From Stramenopiles sp. TOSAG23-2 (lineage: Eukaryota): 64,000 nucleotides of DNA. A program made the position numbers and the translations under genes. This document shows, piece by piece, positions 30,501-40,072 of the stretch. The notes under the pieces are model-generated. The model saw nothing but the letters and a program-made list of their open reading frames with translations, was not told where the DNA came from and made no database searches. The DNA lies in contig LT649235.1 of assembly GCA_900128395.1 (NCBI GenBank), forward strand, positions 1 to 64,000, given 5' to 3'. The stretch's first letter is position 1, and each line of letters begins with the position of its first letter.

Positions 30501-30939
30501 AAATGGTAGTGGTAAATTTGTTAGGTGTAATCAAGACGAATTAGGTAAAAAAGCATGTATGAATTTACTTAGCAAACATGCAAATGGTAATAAACGCAAC
30601 AATAGAAAACACGTCATAGTTGATAGATGTAATATTACAGTTGCTGATCGCAAGGCTTTGATGGAGTTAATGTTTAATCCAGCACCAAAAGATATAGCAT
30701 GTGTTTATTTTGATGTTTCAGCTGAAGAATGTTGTGAAAGGATAGCAAAACGTCAAGATCATCCAACTATTAAACCAGGCACACCGGCAAGTAAAATGAA
30801 AATCGTTGGTAGTTTTAGGAAACGACTTGAAGTGCCTGATTTAGCAGAAGGATTTTCTCATGTATATCATCTTCAAACGTTTGAAGATGCTGATAATTTG
30901 TTAATGAAATTTGGATGTAAAATAAAAAAGAGAGAATAA
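27565..30939 (+). CDS. Multidomain RNA-repair protein: 2H phosphoesterase, helical/TPR-like linker, RNA ligase, Cys-phosphatase (CX5R) and polynucleotide-kinase-like P-loop
   Basis: 2H motifs HMTL (27754) and HITI (28006). Ligase FPRTRH, QEKIDGAN, QNRS, LFGEW, FIAFDL, EGIYLR, KLVRPDF. Phosphatase VHCGGGKGRAG, RPGSVETTRQ. Kinase LCGFPGSGKST, NQD, IVDRCN, RIAKRQDHPT. Confidence 0.88.
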   Translation: MENNYVINHRGTIALVGKDINRIGLARYIELITLLNTKARGKALSIDVDELNENRRKRDGDGYHMTLISKNEIAQAQEFLAIDGIKVSLLEFVSEYINESTVYAHNWFSFGVGEIYGNTAQAYFDICLYPRALALRRRLGLSTKYGFHITIGFINADVHKRYKSFQHLMNMDSLQNSSTHHTIPELLQAAKYLLQHEIDKNDKSRDGLNDEGIKGLLNAADLIYNAQNHHVEEIKSTITANDEKLIEIALMKIRLKNKVGDYDDLLFIADKILSIPKFQDIDILKVPNIYKLITIISSFKGAALVRLGNFLNAIQTLELSYKMENILLNYFEEKEDATNANAKKQCKKRVERLRALMKKCKQNLGGKLFTPKLYKFPRTRHIGDAAENVVDWGKKTTNNNGSNKQSAVTRDDLLLDQSEIATLCDGKTEIRLQEKIDGANLGISIGHNGQIYCQNRSKYISSQDSPQYGLLDQWLRVHGTILHMLLEPGRHILFGEWVVARHSIPYLKLPGYFIAFDLYDSVMEKFCSVKEFHRQLKEVSTKLSLPQSPLPVVPTIVTRTFNKPDEMLPYLETKSQFRNDNSTVEGIYLRVDKAKWLNKRCKLVRPDFIHGIKEGHWMKRKMEKNKIDFNFSIQYLTNCLEVMDENDGDDRDKDNNIGKKEVFNNNNCNNNNNKGSNDKLFNTRQRLQLKINENETIRMMRNFSYVIPNELAGASTPNCQKHIDGLEHLGITLVITLTEEEPLVEDWFKKKRKIRNVFFPVPNYNPPSIEQMEAIDSVVRKEILRGGQVLVHCGGGKGRAGSVISCLLIKYGLNGIKNQILKEARTDEIDGAFFSSEQVMKIVRDMRPGSVETTRQEQFIRDYTKYVWKLFYYSHSNAKASNNNNNNNNNNACIAPPNLKRQLSDNGSNSEESFQSASDLVDTLVSNPASIKRMEKKKKKQRNSEKKAMKHAQSKVPKFLILCGFPGSGKSTFAKEMVLNGSGKFVRCNQDELGKKACMNLLSKHANGNKRNNRKHVIVDRCNITVADRKALMELMFNPAPKDIACVYFDVSAEECCERIAKRQDHPTIKPGTPASKMKIVGSFRKRLEVPDLAEGFSHVYHLQTFEDADNLLMKFGCKIKKRE

Positions 30940-31575
30940 AGAGTGAATTTTATAAAAGGCATTATATATAATATATATAATTTATAGCACATTAATTGAC
31001 AGGGATGCTTATTTCGTATTTTTTCGTATTGTTGAAATTATATACATTGTACACCGTATACACTCCCGCGGCACTGCAAAATTCTCTTTTTACATCACTC
31101 TACGCGAGTTTTCCTGGCTTCCTGGCAACACACCTTAATTTTCGTAAATAATTTCAATATTATTGCATTCCAGGCATTCTGCTGGCATTCACAGTAGCTG
31201 CCAGGTAGCAGCTAAGTTCCCAATATTTTTTGGGAGTATTATTATTATTAATAATAATAATAATGTAAATGCACCAAATAAGTATAATAATACAACTTGT
31301 ATAAATAAAAAAAAAACAAAAACAACAACTATAATAACAACAACAAAAAAAGGCAAAATTTTTAAATTAAAATGCAAATTCAAATACTAAACGAACGAAT
31401 TTTATTTCATTTCTATAAATCATTTCACAAATTCCACTTTATACAAAATATTTAGTATCGTCTCTTTATATTTTGGAAGAACGATATAATTAAATATGCT
31501 CTGAAATTACAATATCAATTAATATTTGTACATAAAATATAAAATATAAATTTTATATCCATTCAAACAGTTCAT

Positions 31576-33891
31576 ATGTCTGCACTGTCACAAAAAACGT
31601 TATTATTTCAGTTATTATTGTCAACCCCAACTGTTGAGGCAGTGGAAAGGATATTTACATGGGGTGTCTCATTCTCCTATCTTTGCGGTTTTGCTAGTAT
31701 GTATATTCAAATTGATGGACTACAAGGTAATAAGGGTATCATACCAATGTCTAAACGTCGATTGAAGTATACTTCTAGGCTTTTTAATAATAAACAATTT
31801 AAAAAAAAACCTGATATGGTAATTGATATTTTATGTCTGTCGGGAATGATCTTATCGTTTTCAAGTGTTGTACATCGCAAATATCGTACTATGTTAGATA
31901 TGAGCTTATTATGGTATATGTATAGCATGTTGAAACCAGACGACCCACCGTTATTAGAAGATGCTGGTTTCTTAGCATGCTTAGTAACACCAATGTTTCG
32001 ATTATTACAAAGTAGCACGACATCAAGTCGTGGGAATATTAGTATGTATTTCACTGGACTTGTTGAAAACGCAACCCACGTTGGTCTTGTTACATCTAGA
32101 TGGTTATTGTTTGTATTAATGTTCGAAAGTGGGACGGGAAAATTACTTGCAGGAATAAATGAGTGGTGGAATTTGTCTGGATTAAAATCACATCTTCAAT
32201 CACAGCCATATCCAACGCCATTGAGCCGCTTTTTATCATTAAATTTACCAAATCACTATTTAAGATTTTCAACTGGAATGGCATTGACTATGGAATCGTT
32301 TGTTCCAATGTTGTTTTTGTATCCTTTGCAGCAATATGAAATATTGCGTACGGTTGCATTTTATGTACAATTGGTTTTTCAAAGCGGGATTAATGTCATG
32401 GGAAATTTCGGTTTTTTCAACATATTGACTATGTTTTTATCATGTACTATATTGACACCATCCTTGAGTGAACGCCACCAAAGTTCAAATTGGTTGGTAA
32501 CAATTGCATCCAGATTAAAAACAAGTCCATTATTAGGACCATTGATACCAATTTTAGCAATAGGCAATATATTATCAAAAGGTTTTAATATATCTATAGA
32601 ACGACTGACTCCAAGATACTTTGTGAAATATGTCTCATCAATTTATAGTTACGGTATGTTTGTAACATTTATAGAATTATTTTATGCTGTTCGTAAAACT
32701 ATAGGCATGGCAATTTGGTTTGATTACAAACAACCAAGTGTTGTTGCAGCAATTCATGCAGCTTCTAGCTCTAGTGCTCGTACAAGCGTTTTATTTCTGT
32801 ATTTAAAAATTTACATAGCTCGTATTATGAGTGTTATCACGTCCACAGCCGCTCTTAGTTTTTTTATCAGTAGCTGCGTCCAAAGCACATCATTGATTGA
32901 AAAAACAATTGAAGCAAGTCAAAAACCACGTTCTGTTACTTCTATCCGTGGCATGCCTCCACCAACCGATCGAGAAAATACGAGAATGGTATTAATAAGA
33001 CGCGAACTTGGAATGGGAAAGAGGATGTTGCAGTGGAGATGGCCCCGTCAATTAGTGTATATGGCACAATATCTACAGCAACATTGTGGATTATTGAATT
33101 CATATGCACTGTTTGTCAATTTAACAAACCTTAATCAAGAACAATGTAGACGCCATGGGTTTGAATCAGTTGGTGGTAGATTAGAATTAATATTAGAAGC
33201 ATCATATAATAGACACAATGGATACAAAGAAATACCATTTGCACATAAACCAAATGGCGTCGATTTAAATTTTTTAGTTGCCCCACATCATCCTATATTA
33301 GAATATCAGTTGTGGCAAGCGACTAACCAATTTGTTTTTAATCGTGTTCCATTTCCAAAGTGGTTTGAAACTTTAATGTCGCGTATTTTAAATGGCGAGG
33401 ATGATATTACGACTTTACTTGATCGAGAAAAATTTTACCAGCATTTTGAAAAAGGCAAACCGCCGAAGTATATACGTGCTGCTATATATTTATATAGATT
33501 TACAGATGAAACACGAAGTCAGGGACGAGAGGTAAATGGCGAGGATAGCGATGATGATAATGATGAGAGAGTTGTATGGGAGCGAGATCGTGTACGCACG
33601 TTAGAAATATTATCACGTGATCAAATAAATACAAATCCTAATATTGCGAATGATTTTGAAAGCAAATATGGCGTCATAAGCAATGTTCTCTTGGCATTTC
33701 GAAAATTTGTTTCTCGAAATTGGATGTTTAGGCGTGGAAGATTTGTTTGGGGAGCCATATTATTTATCTTTCTCTCACGATATGTATTGTTTCCAATGAA
33801 ACTCGGTCGACTAGACATGATCAGTCGCTTTGGGATGAAGTTTCGATATGTGGGTGTGTTAGGGTTGTATTTATTTTTGAAATACGAGTAG
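31576..33891 (+). CDS. Lipase maturation factor (LMF1/2) family membrane protein
   Basis: Motifs QIDGLQG..GIIP, RWLLFVLMFESG..KL, QPYPTP, GNFGFFN.LT, NSYALF, GRLELILE, APHHP.LEYQLW and PPKYIRA..YLYRFT. Confidence 0.88.
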   Translation: MSALSQKTLLFQLLLSTPTVEAVERIFTWGVSFSYLCGFASMYIQIDGLQGNKGIIPMSKRRLKYTSRLFNNKQFKKKPDMVIDILCLSGMILSFSSVVHRKYRTMLDMSLLWYMYSMLKPDDPPLLEDAGFLACLVTPMFRLLQSSTTSSRGNISMYFTGLVENATHVGLVTSRWLLFVLMFESGTGKLLAGINEWWNLSGLKSHLQSQPYPTPLSRFLSLNLPNHYLRFSTGMALTMESFVPMLFLYPLQQYEILRTVAFYVQLVFQSGINVMGNFGFFNILTMFLSCTILTPSLSERHQSSNWLVTIASRLKTSPLLGPLIPILAIGNILSKGFNISIERLTPRYFVKYVSSIYSYGMFVTFIELFYAVRKTIGMAIWFDYKQPSVVAAIHAASSSSARTSVLFLYLKIYIARIMSVITSTAALSFFISSCVQSTSLIEKTIEASQKPRSVTSIRGMPPPTDRENTRMVLIRRELGMGKRMLQWRWPRQLVYMAQYLQQHCGLLNSYALFVNLTNLNQEQCRRHGFESVGGRLELILEASYNRHNGYKEIPFAHKPNGVDLNFLVAPHHPILEYQLWQATNQFVFNRVPFPKWFETLMSRILNGEDDITTLLDREKFYQHFEKGKPPKYIRAAIYLYRFTDETRSQGREVNGEDSDDDNDERVVWERDRVRTLEILSRDQINTNPNIANDFESKYGVISNVLLAFRKFVSRNWMFRRGRFVWGAILFIFLSRYVLFPMKLGRLDMISRFGMKFRYVGVLGLYLFLKYE

Positions 33892-34444
33892 TAGATATTC
33901 ATATACATGTACAACGAACGTACATAAAAAATATATGTACACGTATAAAATAATGTACTGTACGTACATATATAAAAATTTTCTCTTACACATAATTTAT
34001 ACGAGAAGTATATAATACGAAGTGCGTATATATAAAAAATAATATATAATACGTTCGTATATGTCATATATAATATTTTATTGAGAATTTAAACGCATTT
34101 AAATATGATATCACATCATAATATTTATTTTTTAATTTACTCATGATAATTCCTATGATATGATACTCTTTCAAAAGAATACAATAACTGAGGCAATAAT
34201 ATCTATCTCACAAATAATATATATACTTGGTACGAATATATACGAAGTTTGTAAATATATTATATATATCATATCATATATACGAAGTATAGAACTTTTT
34301 CGTATTATTGTATGATCCGTACGTACATGTACACACGCGTATTTTAATTTATTATTTCTACTCGTGAATAATTCCTACCCTCAAAAGAATAACTTAAACA
34401 AGCCAATATTAATATCTATCTCACAATATGTGTCAAAAAATAAA

Positions 34445-35596
34445 TTATAGACGAAGATTACTAAATTTTTGCGTTGTCAACCTTTGACTAGCCCTTGCTT
34501 CCGAAAGTAATGCTTTCAACTCATCTCTCCATTGTACTGCTTGTGGTACATATAACTCATTTTTACTTTCAGCCGCTAAATTAAACCAATAAATGGCATT
34601 ATCATAATCTCTTGCAATACCTTGACCATTGGCATGCATTTTAGCAACTTGTAACTGTGATGGGACATGCCCTGCTTCTGCTGCTTTTGTAAACATTTCT
34701 AATGCTTTTAAAAAATTTTGATCCACACCACGACCATATGCAACCATTAAACCCATAAAATATTGTGCCTCTGGATCCTTTAAAGATGCTGCTTCTTGGT
34801 AACATTTAAAAGCAACTGTAAAATTTTGTTTCGTACCTAAACCATATTCAAAATTTATTCCTAGATGATATAATCCTTTTGGATTTCTTAATTTTGCTGA
34901 TTTTTTAAATAATAAAAATGACAATGTATGGTTTGCCTCAACACCATTGCCATCTCGATACATAACCCCTTTTAACCACATTGCATCGGCATTACCAAGC
35001 TCAATACCTTGATTTAACCAGGCAAGTGCAGCCTTTGTATCCTTTCGAACGCCAAGCCCCTTTGCAAATATCATCCCTAAATTTGATTTTGCTTCCGCAT
35101 GACCTAATTTTGCTGCTTCCGTAAAATATTCCACTGCTTTACTTCGACTTCGTGTGACACCATTTCCATAATAATAAAATAAACCAAGAAAATATAATGA
35201 ATCCTTATTACCATTTTCTGCAGTATTACGCAGTCTAGCCAATTTTGCATCATCTATATTTGGTTTCTTGCCCCCTCTATTTCCAAAACCATGTTTAGCA
35301 CCAATTGTATAAGGATCATAAGTAGGCTCATTACCACCACCTAAGCCGTGACCTGGCAGTTGATTCACTGACACTGTACCACCATCGTCCCCAACTTCAA
35401 AAGATGCGCCATTATTATCCTCCTCTTCACCAGCAGCATCAGCTAAAGGTAATGCCAGAATCGTTATTCTTAATGCCAATATCACAATCAAATATACATT
35501 TATATTTTTACAATATCTATTTCTTTCCTTCTTGTTTCTTTTCCAGTAGTTTCTTCTTTCACACGTGCTAATCTGCATCTTGCTGTTGATAACCAT
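34445..35596 (-). CDS. Sel1-like repeat protein with an N-terminal signal/anchor
   Basis: About six SLR repeats (LG.FY..G.GV......A..YF..AA..G). Hydrophobic VYLIVILALRITILALPLADA. Start codon is uncertain. Confidence 0.88.
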   Translation of the reverse strand: MVINSKMQISTCERRNYWKRNKKERNRYCKNINVYLIVILALRITILALPLADAAGEEEDNNGASFEVGDDGGTVSVNQLPGHGLGGGNEPTYDPYTIGAKHGFGNRGGKKPNIDDAKLARLRNTAENGNKDSLYFLGLFYYYGNGVTRSRSKAVEYFTEAAKLGHAEAKSNLGMIFAKGLGVRKDTKAALAWLNQGIELGNADAMWLKGVMYRDGNGVEANHTLSFLLFKKSAKLRNPKGLYHLGINFEYGLGTKQNFTVAFKCYQEAASLKDPEAQYFMGLMVAYGRGVDQNFLKALEMFTKAAEAGHVPSQLQVAKMHANGQGIARDYDNAIYWFNLAAESKNELYVPQAVQWRDELKALLSEARASQRLTTQKFSNLRL

Positions 35597-36397
35597 GCTT
35601 TTAATAATGACGTTACAATAGGTGATTGTTTCTCCAACGGTGGTAGTGGTGGTAAAGTATTTTTATTGGTACTTGGAGCTGGTGGAGGTGGCGGAGAAGA
35701 AGACTTTATTGACTTTTTTGCAGATGTCGGTTTTATAGACGAATCGCCAGTATTATTATTATTATTACCAGTATTTACGGTTATATTATTACTATTATTG
35801 TTTCTAAGGTGTTTATACAATTTCAAAGACACAAAACACTCTTCAAATTGCATAATCTATGTGCTTAATAATATTGGAATATGAAGGAATATATGATGTA
35901 TGAACAATATATATTGTCCCTATTATGACGATTTGAAATAACGGGTGTATATATATATATATATATATATATTAATATGAATTTTTTACTGTAACAATAT
36001 TGTCATATAGTAATATATGAGAATATAGGTGTGTGCATTATGTATAATTGTGTAACTGTAATTATCAGTAGTATATATTTGGTCCATCCATTATTGAAAT
36101 TTATTATTATTTATTTGAAAAGTGTATTATATCAGGTTAAGGTATTTCAAGCAAATGCATTCTGACATTCTGACATTCTGACGCTATCACATTCTAATTC
36201 TTATGCTATTTCCATATTAAAATATGAAAAAAGAATATAATACCAGAGGGATCCTCTACATGTATTACTGATGCGACTATATTTTATCTACTGTATTATT
36301 TCAATTATGTGGGCTAATGCATTTTTACGTACAACATTTATTACCTGTATAAAAAATGGAAATATATAAAATACTCTTTTTATATATACAAATTTTT

Positions 36398-38629
36398 TTA
36401 ATCATCACTTTTCATTGGCTCACCAAGCACCTGTCCCCTAAAATTAGTTGTTGATGTAGTTAAATTGATACCATAATTGAAATTTTTCTTTTGAAATTGT
36501 CCACGACGGCCTTTTGCCAATGCAGCAGCAAATTCTTGCAATAAGTCTGTTTTCGTATGTCCCATGTGGCGACCATCCACTTCTTCTCTTGGTACATTGC
36601 CATCTCCTTTGGATCTAGACGCAACTACAGCATCCATTGCTGCTTGCTTCAATGCTTGTACTTGTGAACTCATGGCATCAAGGGTACCACGTCGAATGTC
36701 TTTTACTACTGCTACGCTACATGTACCATTGCATAAATGCTCATTACCGGCGCCTAATATTATACCAGTACGTGGACATGCTATTGGTGGAATATAACCT
36801 TGTTTTTCTGGTTCTTCATTTAAGTCTAATGGTAATTTTGCTAATGGTACTGTACCCATTTTTACCATGCTACAAAAAAGTGTACTTGCCTTACTTGGAC
36901 CACTACCACCAGTACGTGAAACAAATTTTTTCAATGTTTTGACATCTTCCACCCCGATCATTTCGTTATTCACCATTACTAATGAATATGCGTATTCATC
37001 TTGCCTATCAGCACCTAAATGTTTGCCTGAATCTGCTAATCGTTTTGCATGTGCTACGCCTGCAGCGGATGTTATGCATAAATCCCATTGATATCTCAAT
37101 TTTTTTAATATTTTTTCCGTTTTAATTTGATCAGCGAAATTTGGCTCGTACAATAATGTGCGAGGATTATCATCCGATTTCGTTAATTTAATAGCCTTTT
37201 GACCCATTGCTTTACATGATACTAATTTTCCATTATAAAATGCTAAATAACATGGTAATGATTTAACATTATAACGTTTCACTAATAATCTCGATTGTGT
37301 CATATCAAATTTCCCTATCCGATATAATATTTTACTTAAATCTTTTTCAATACGTACACGTTTGCCTTTTCTAGTCCCTGCGGTGCATATGGCACCTAGC
37401 ACATATTCCATCAATTGTTCTGCCCATACATGTTCTTGTGTATCTGCCCTGGAACATAATATTACACATAATTGATCAGCACCTGCAATTTCACTAATAT
37501 AGGAGGTAAATGTTTTCGGTGTGACAACTTCCAATGGTATTGAAATATCTAAATCAACTTCTACTGGCATATCACGTGAATATCTCCCACTCGCAGCTCG
37601 TAATACAAATGGTCTTGGTAATTTTGGATTTTCCTTTACTAAACGTGCTTTTGTTTCTAATTCTCCTTCATCAACAATTGCTTTTCCAGTACCTGCTTTA
37701 CCGGCTCTTTTTGTACTTGCTAAGCAAAAAATTCCAGCAGCTGCATTTGTTGGCTTAGGTCCGATTTCCGTCCCAGTTTCAACTAATTTTGGAACTTCAT
37801 TGACTGTCAATTGAATGGCATCGGTTCTCCATCTACCATCCATATAGGGATTGACGTATTTATGATTTATAATTCGATCCATGTATTCATTTGTTATATC
37901 TTCCTGCGCTTTCATTGCTTGAGCAATTTCTGGATTAGTGATATCTTTGCTGCCAACATTGGTTTTATTTAATTGATTTAAACGCTCTTCCTCATCAAAT
38001 CGTTCAATTAAACTTGGTGTTTTGACTACTAAATCAATTTTTCCTTTCACAATTTTACTACGTTGTCCATTTTCTATATATGTCTTCGTTCTCCTAAACT
38101 TTTCACCACAATCAAATGCATATTGTAAGCCTTCTGATGGCGCACGGAAATATACAAAGACTCGTTTCCTATCAACAAATTTAAATTTCAATTGTTCATT
38201 CATATTGAATTCAATAGGTTTATCTGGTGGTGTACCTGCGTCCTGTGCATTTGGGTTCCATTTCCATTCCTTCGTAATATTACCATCAACGTCTGTAAAG
38301 ATTGCACTAGTTTTTGTCATGACTAATTTTCTACCTTTGAATTGATTTCCTTTCTCATATTTTTCCTCGTCTCCAGTAAAATCGAGTGCAAACCCATTAA
38401 CATGTTCATCAATGGTCCCTATTAATGTTTTTTTAGGATCATCTGCATAAAAAAAACTTTTCACTTGATACCCATTTATTAATGAACTGACACATACAGC
38501 AACGTTTCCACTTTCATAATATGCAAATCCTGAATTATCTTTATTTATAAATAATGCTTTTTGTCCAGATGAATATGACACATCTATACATCCAAATTCT
38601 TTTGTTTTATCTTTTGTTGGATTTGACAT
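36398..38629 (-). CDS. FAM194-domain (ERICH6/C3orf20-like) protein with a thioredoxin-like fold
   Basis: FAM194-like GFAYYESGNVAVCVS, DVDGNITKEWKW and PIEFNMNEQL. Trx-like FDMTQSRLLVKRYNVKSLPCYLAFYNGKLV without CXXC. First ATG is 38629 (the track start 38671 is TTG). Confidence 0.65.
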   Translation of the reverse strand: MSNPTKDKTKEFGCIDVSYSSGQKALFINKDNSGFAYYESGNVAVCVSSLINGYQVKSFFYADDPKKTLIGTIDEHVNGFALDFTGDEEKYEKGNQFKGRKLVMTKTSAIFTDVDGNITKEWKWNPNAQDAGTPPDKPIEFNMNEQLKFKFVDRKRVFVYFRAPSEGLQYAFDCGEKFRRTKTYIENGQRSKIVKGKIDLVVKTPSLIERFDEEERLNQLNKTNVGSKDITNPEIAQAMKAQEDITNEYMDRIINHKYVNPYMDGRWRTDAIQLTVNEVPKLVETGTEIGPKPTNAAAGIFCLASTKRAGKAGTGKAIVDEGELETKARLVKENPKLPRPFVLRAASGRYSRDMPVEVDLDISIPLEVVTPKTFTSYISEIAGADQLCVILCSRADTQEHVWAEQLMEYVLGAICTAGTRKGKRVRIEKDLSKILYRIGKFDMTQSRLLVKRYNVKSLPCYLAFYNGKLVSCKAMGQKAIKLTKSDDNPRTLLYEPNFADQIKTEKILKKLRYQWDLCITSAAGVAHAKRLADSGKHLGADRQDEYAYSLVMVNNEMIGVEDVKTLKKFVSRTGGSGPSKASTLFCSMVKMGTVPLAKLPLDLNEEPEKQGYIPPIACPRTGIILGAGNEHLCNGTCSVAVVKDIRRGTLDAMSSQVQALKQAAMDAVVASRSKGDGNVPREEVDGRHMGHTKTDLLQEFAAALAKGRRGQFQKKNFNYGINLTTSTTNFRGQVLGEPMKSDD

Positions 38630-39133
38630 ATTATATTTATATGAATTTTTGTAGAACGGAACGTTGTACAATATAATATATGTTATAATTTAAATGCAAG
38701 AATATGTTTGTATCGTGTGTGTTATTTATTATTTTTCCAAAAAACCTTCTAACGTAAACATACATAACTATGTGTGTAACGTTTATGTTGTTGGTATACG
38801 ACATTCTCCAATATTATTTACCTGCTAAAAAGATTACTAGGTACGTACTACTATGTATTCTCTGGGCGCACTCGTAGTCCTCGTAGACTACTGTACCGCT
38901 GTACTACCTGGTAGCAGCTGCAGCAGCATTACACAGTATTATATAACGAGGATGATGATTGGTTCCTCTCTCTGCTGTGGTTCGTGCGTTCTTCATCATT
39001 TTTTTAATCAAAGTCGACAATACATATATAATTGAAATAATTGTGTTTGAATTTTGATTAAAATATATATCGTCTTGTCTAATATATGGTAGATTAAGAG
39101 AGTTATTGATTATTATTTACAAATTTATACAAT

Positions 39134-40072
39134 ATGAAATGTCTTCATAATATGTTAAATCAAAATGTATTGAAATGTCCATTCTTGTTTTTTATTGTGA
39201 ATATTAATACTCTTATTGTTTTGGTAATATTTTTTAATAATATCCCTTCATCTTTCTCTATATCGGAACAACGGTTTAAAGATGTACATGGAATTGCTAC
39301 AACAAATGCAATAGAAGTTGGTGTTGAAGAGTGGACACATGATGTCAGTTTAAAAATTTTTGAAATTAGAGAAAAATATGGTACTCCATTGAGTAAAATG
39401 GAAAGAAATGAAAAAAATATGTTAAAACGTCGTGCAATTAATGCATATTATAAGAAAGAAAAAGAAAAAGAAAGAATAGAAGAGGAACGACAAAAACCAC
39501 GTAAAAAAGCAAAACGTTTCTGTGATCATTTAGGATGCCGTGCAAAAGGTTTAAAAATTTCACTAAGTGAAAATGGCATTATATTTTGTAAAGATTGTCC
39601 AGATCCTAGAAAAGAAGGTTCTTATATACCAACATGGAATTCCCATTATAATAAAGAAAAATTTATAGCAAATGGTGCATTAGTATATATGGTACCAAAC
39701 GATGGTAGTAGTGAAGTTGTAAATGCTGAAGATGTTTTAAGGCGTATTGCTTTTGTTAAACGTGGTGTCGTGTCCTTGGTTGAAAAAGCAAAACATGCAC
39801 AAAAAGCAGGTGCACGTGCTGTTATAATTATAGATGGAAATTGCACAAGAGCAGTTGATGGTTTACGATGTGAAAATGAAGTAGAAGCTAAAGCAAATGG
39901 TGATGGTTTTGCTAAGAAAGATCCTGAATGGCATTGGTCTGATATACGTATACCAGTAGTAATGATTTCAAGGGGAAATGGTGCACGTTTACATAATATG
40001 ATGGATTTAGATCAAATGCATATGCCTGAATATGGTGGTATACAATTTTACGACATGCATTTAAATGAGTAG
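39134..40072 (+). CDS. Protease-associated (PA) domain protein with an N-terminal hydrophobic anchor
   Basis: IAFVKRGVVSLVEKAKHAQKAGARAVIIID and IRIPVVMISR..GARL. No peptidase or RING domain is visible. Confidence 0.78.
   Translation: MKCLHNMLNQNVLKCPFLFFIVNINTLIVLVIFFNNIPSSFSISEQRFKDVHGIATTNAIEVGVEEWTHDVSLKIFEIREKYGTPLSKMERNEKNMLKRRAINAYYKKEKEKERIEEERQKPRKKAKRFCDHLGCRAKGLKISLSENGIIFCKDCPDPRKEGSYIPTWNSHYNKEKFIANGALVYMVPNDGSSEVVNAEDVLRRIAFVKRGVVSLVEKAKHAQKAGARAVIIIDGNCTRAVDGLRCENEVEAKANGDGFAKKDPEWHWSDIRIPVVMISRGNGARLHNMMDLDQMHMPEYGGIQFYDMHLNE

Noticed and set aside
26381-30939. Integrated virus or transposon carrying the RNA-repair genes
   Set aside because: No integrase, transposase, capsid gene, terminal repeats or compositional break; both genes have host-like poly-Asn tracts.
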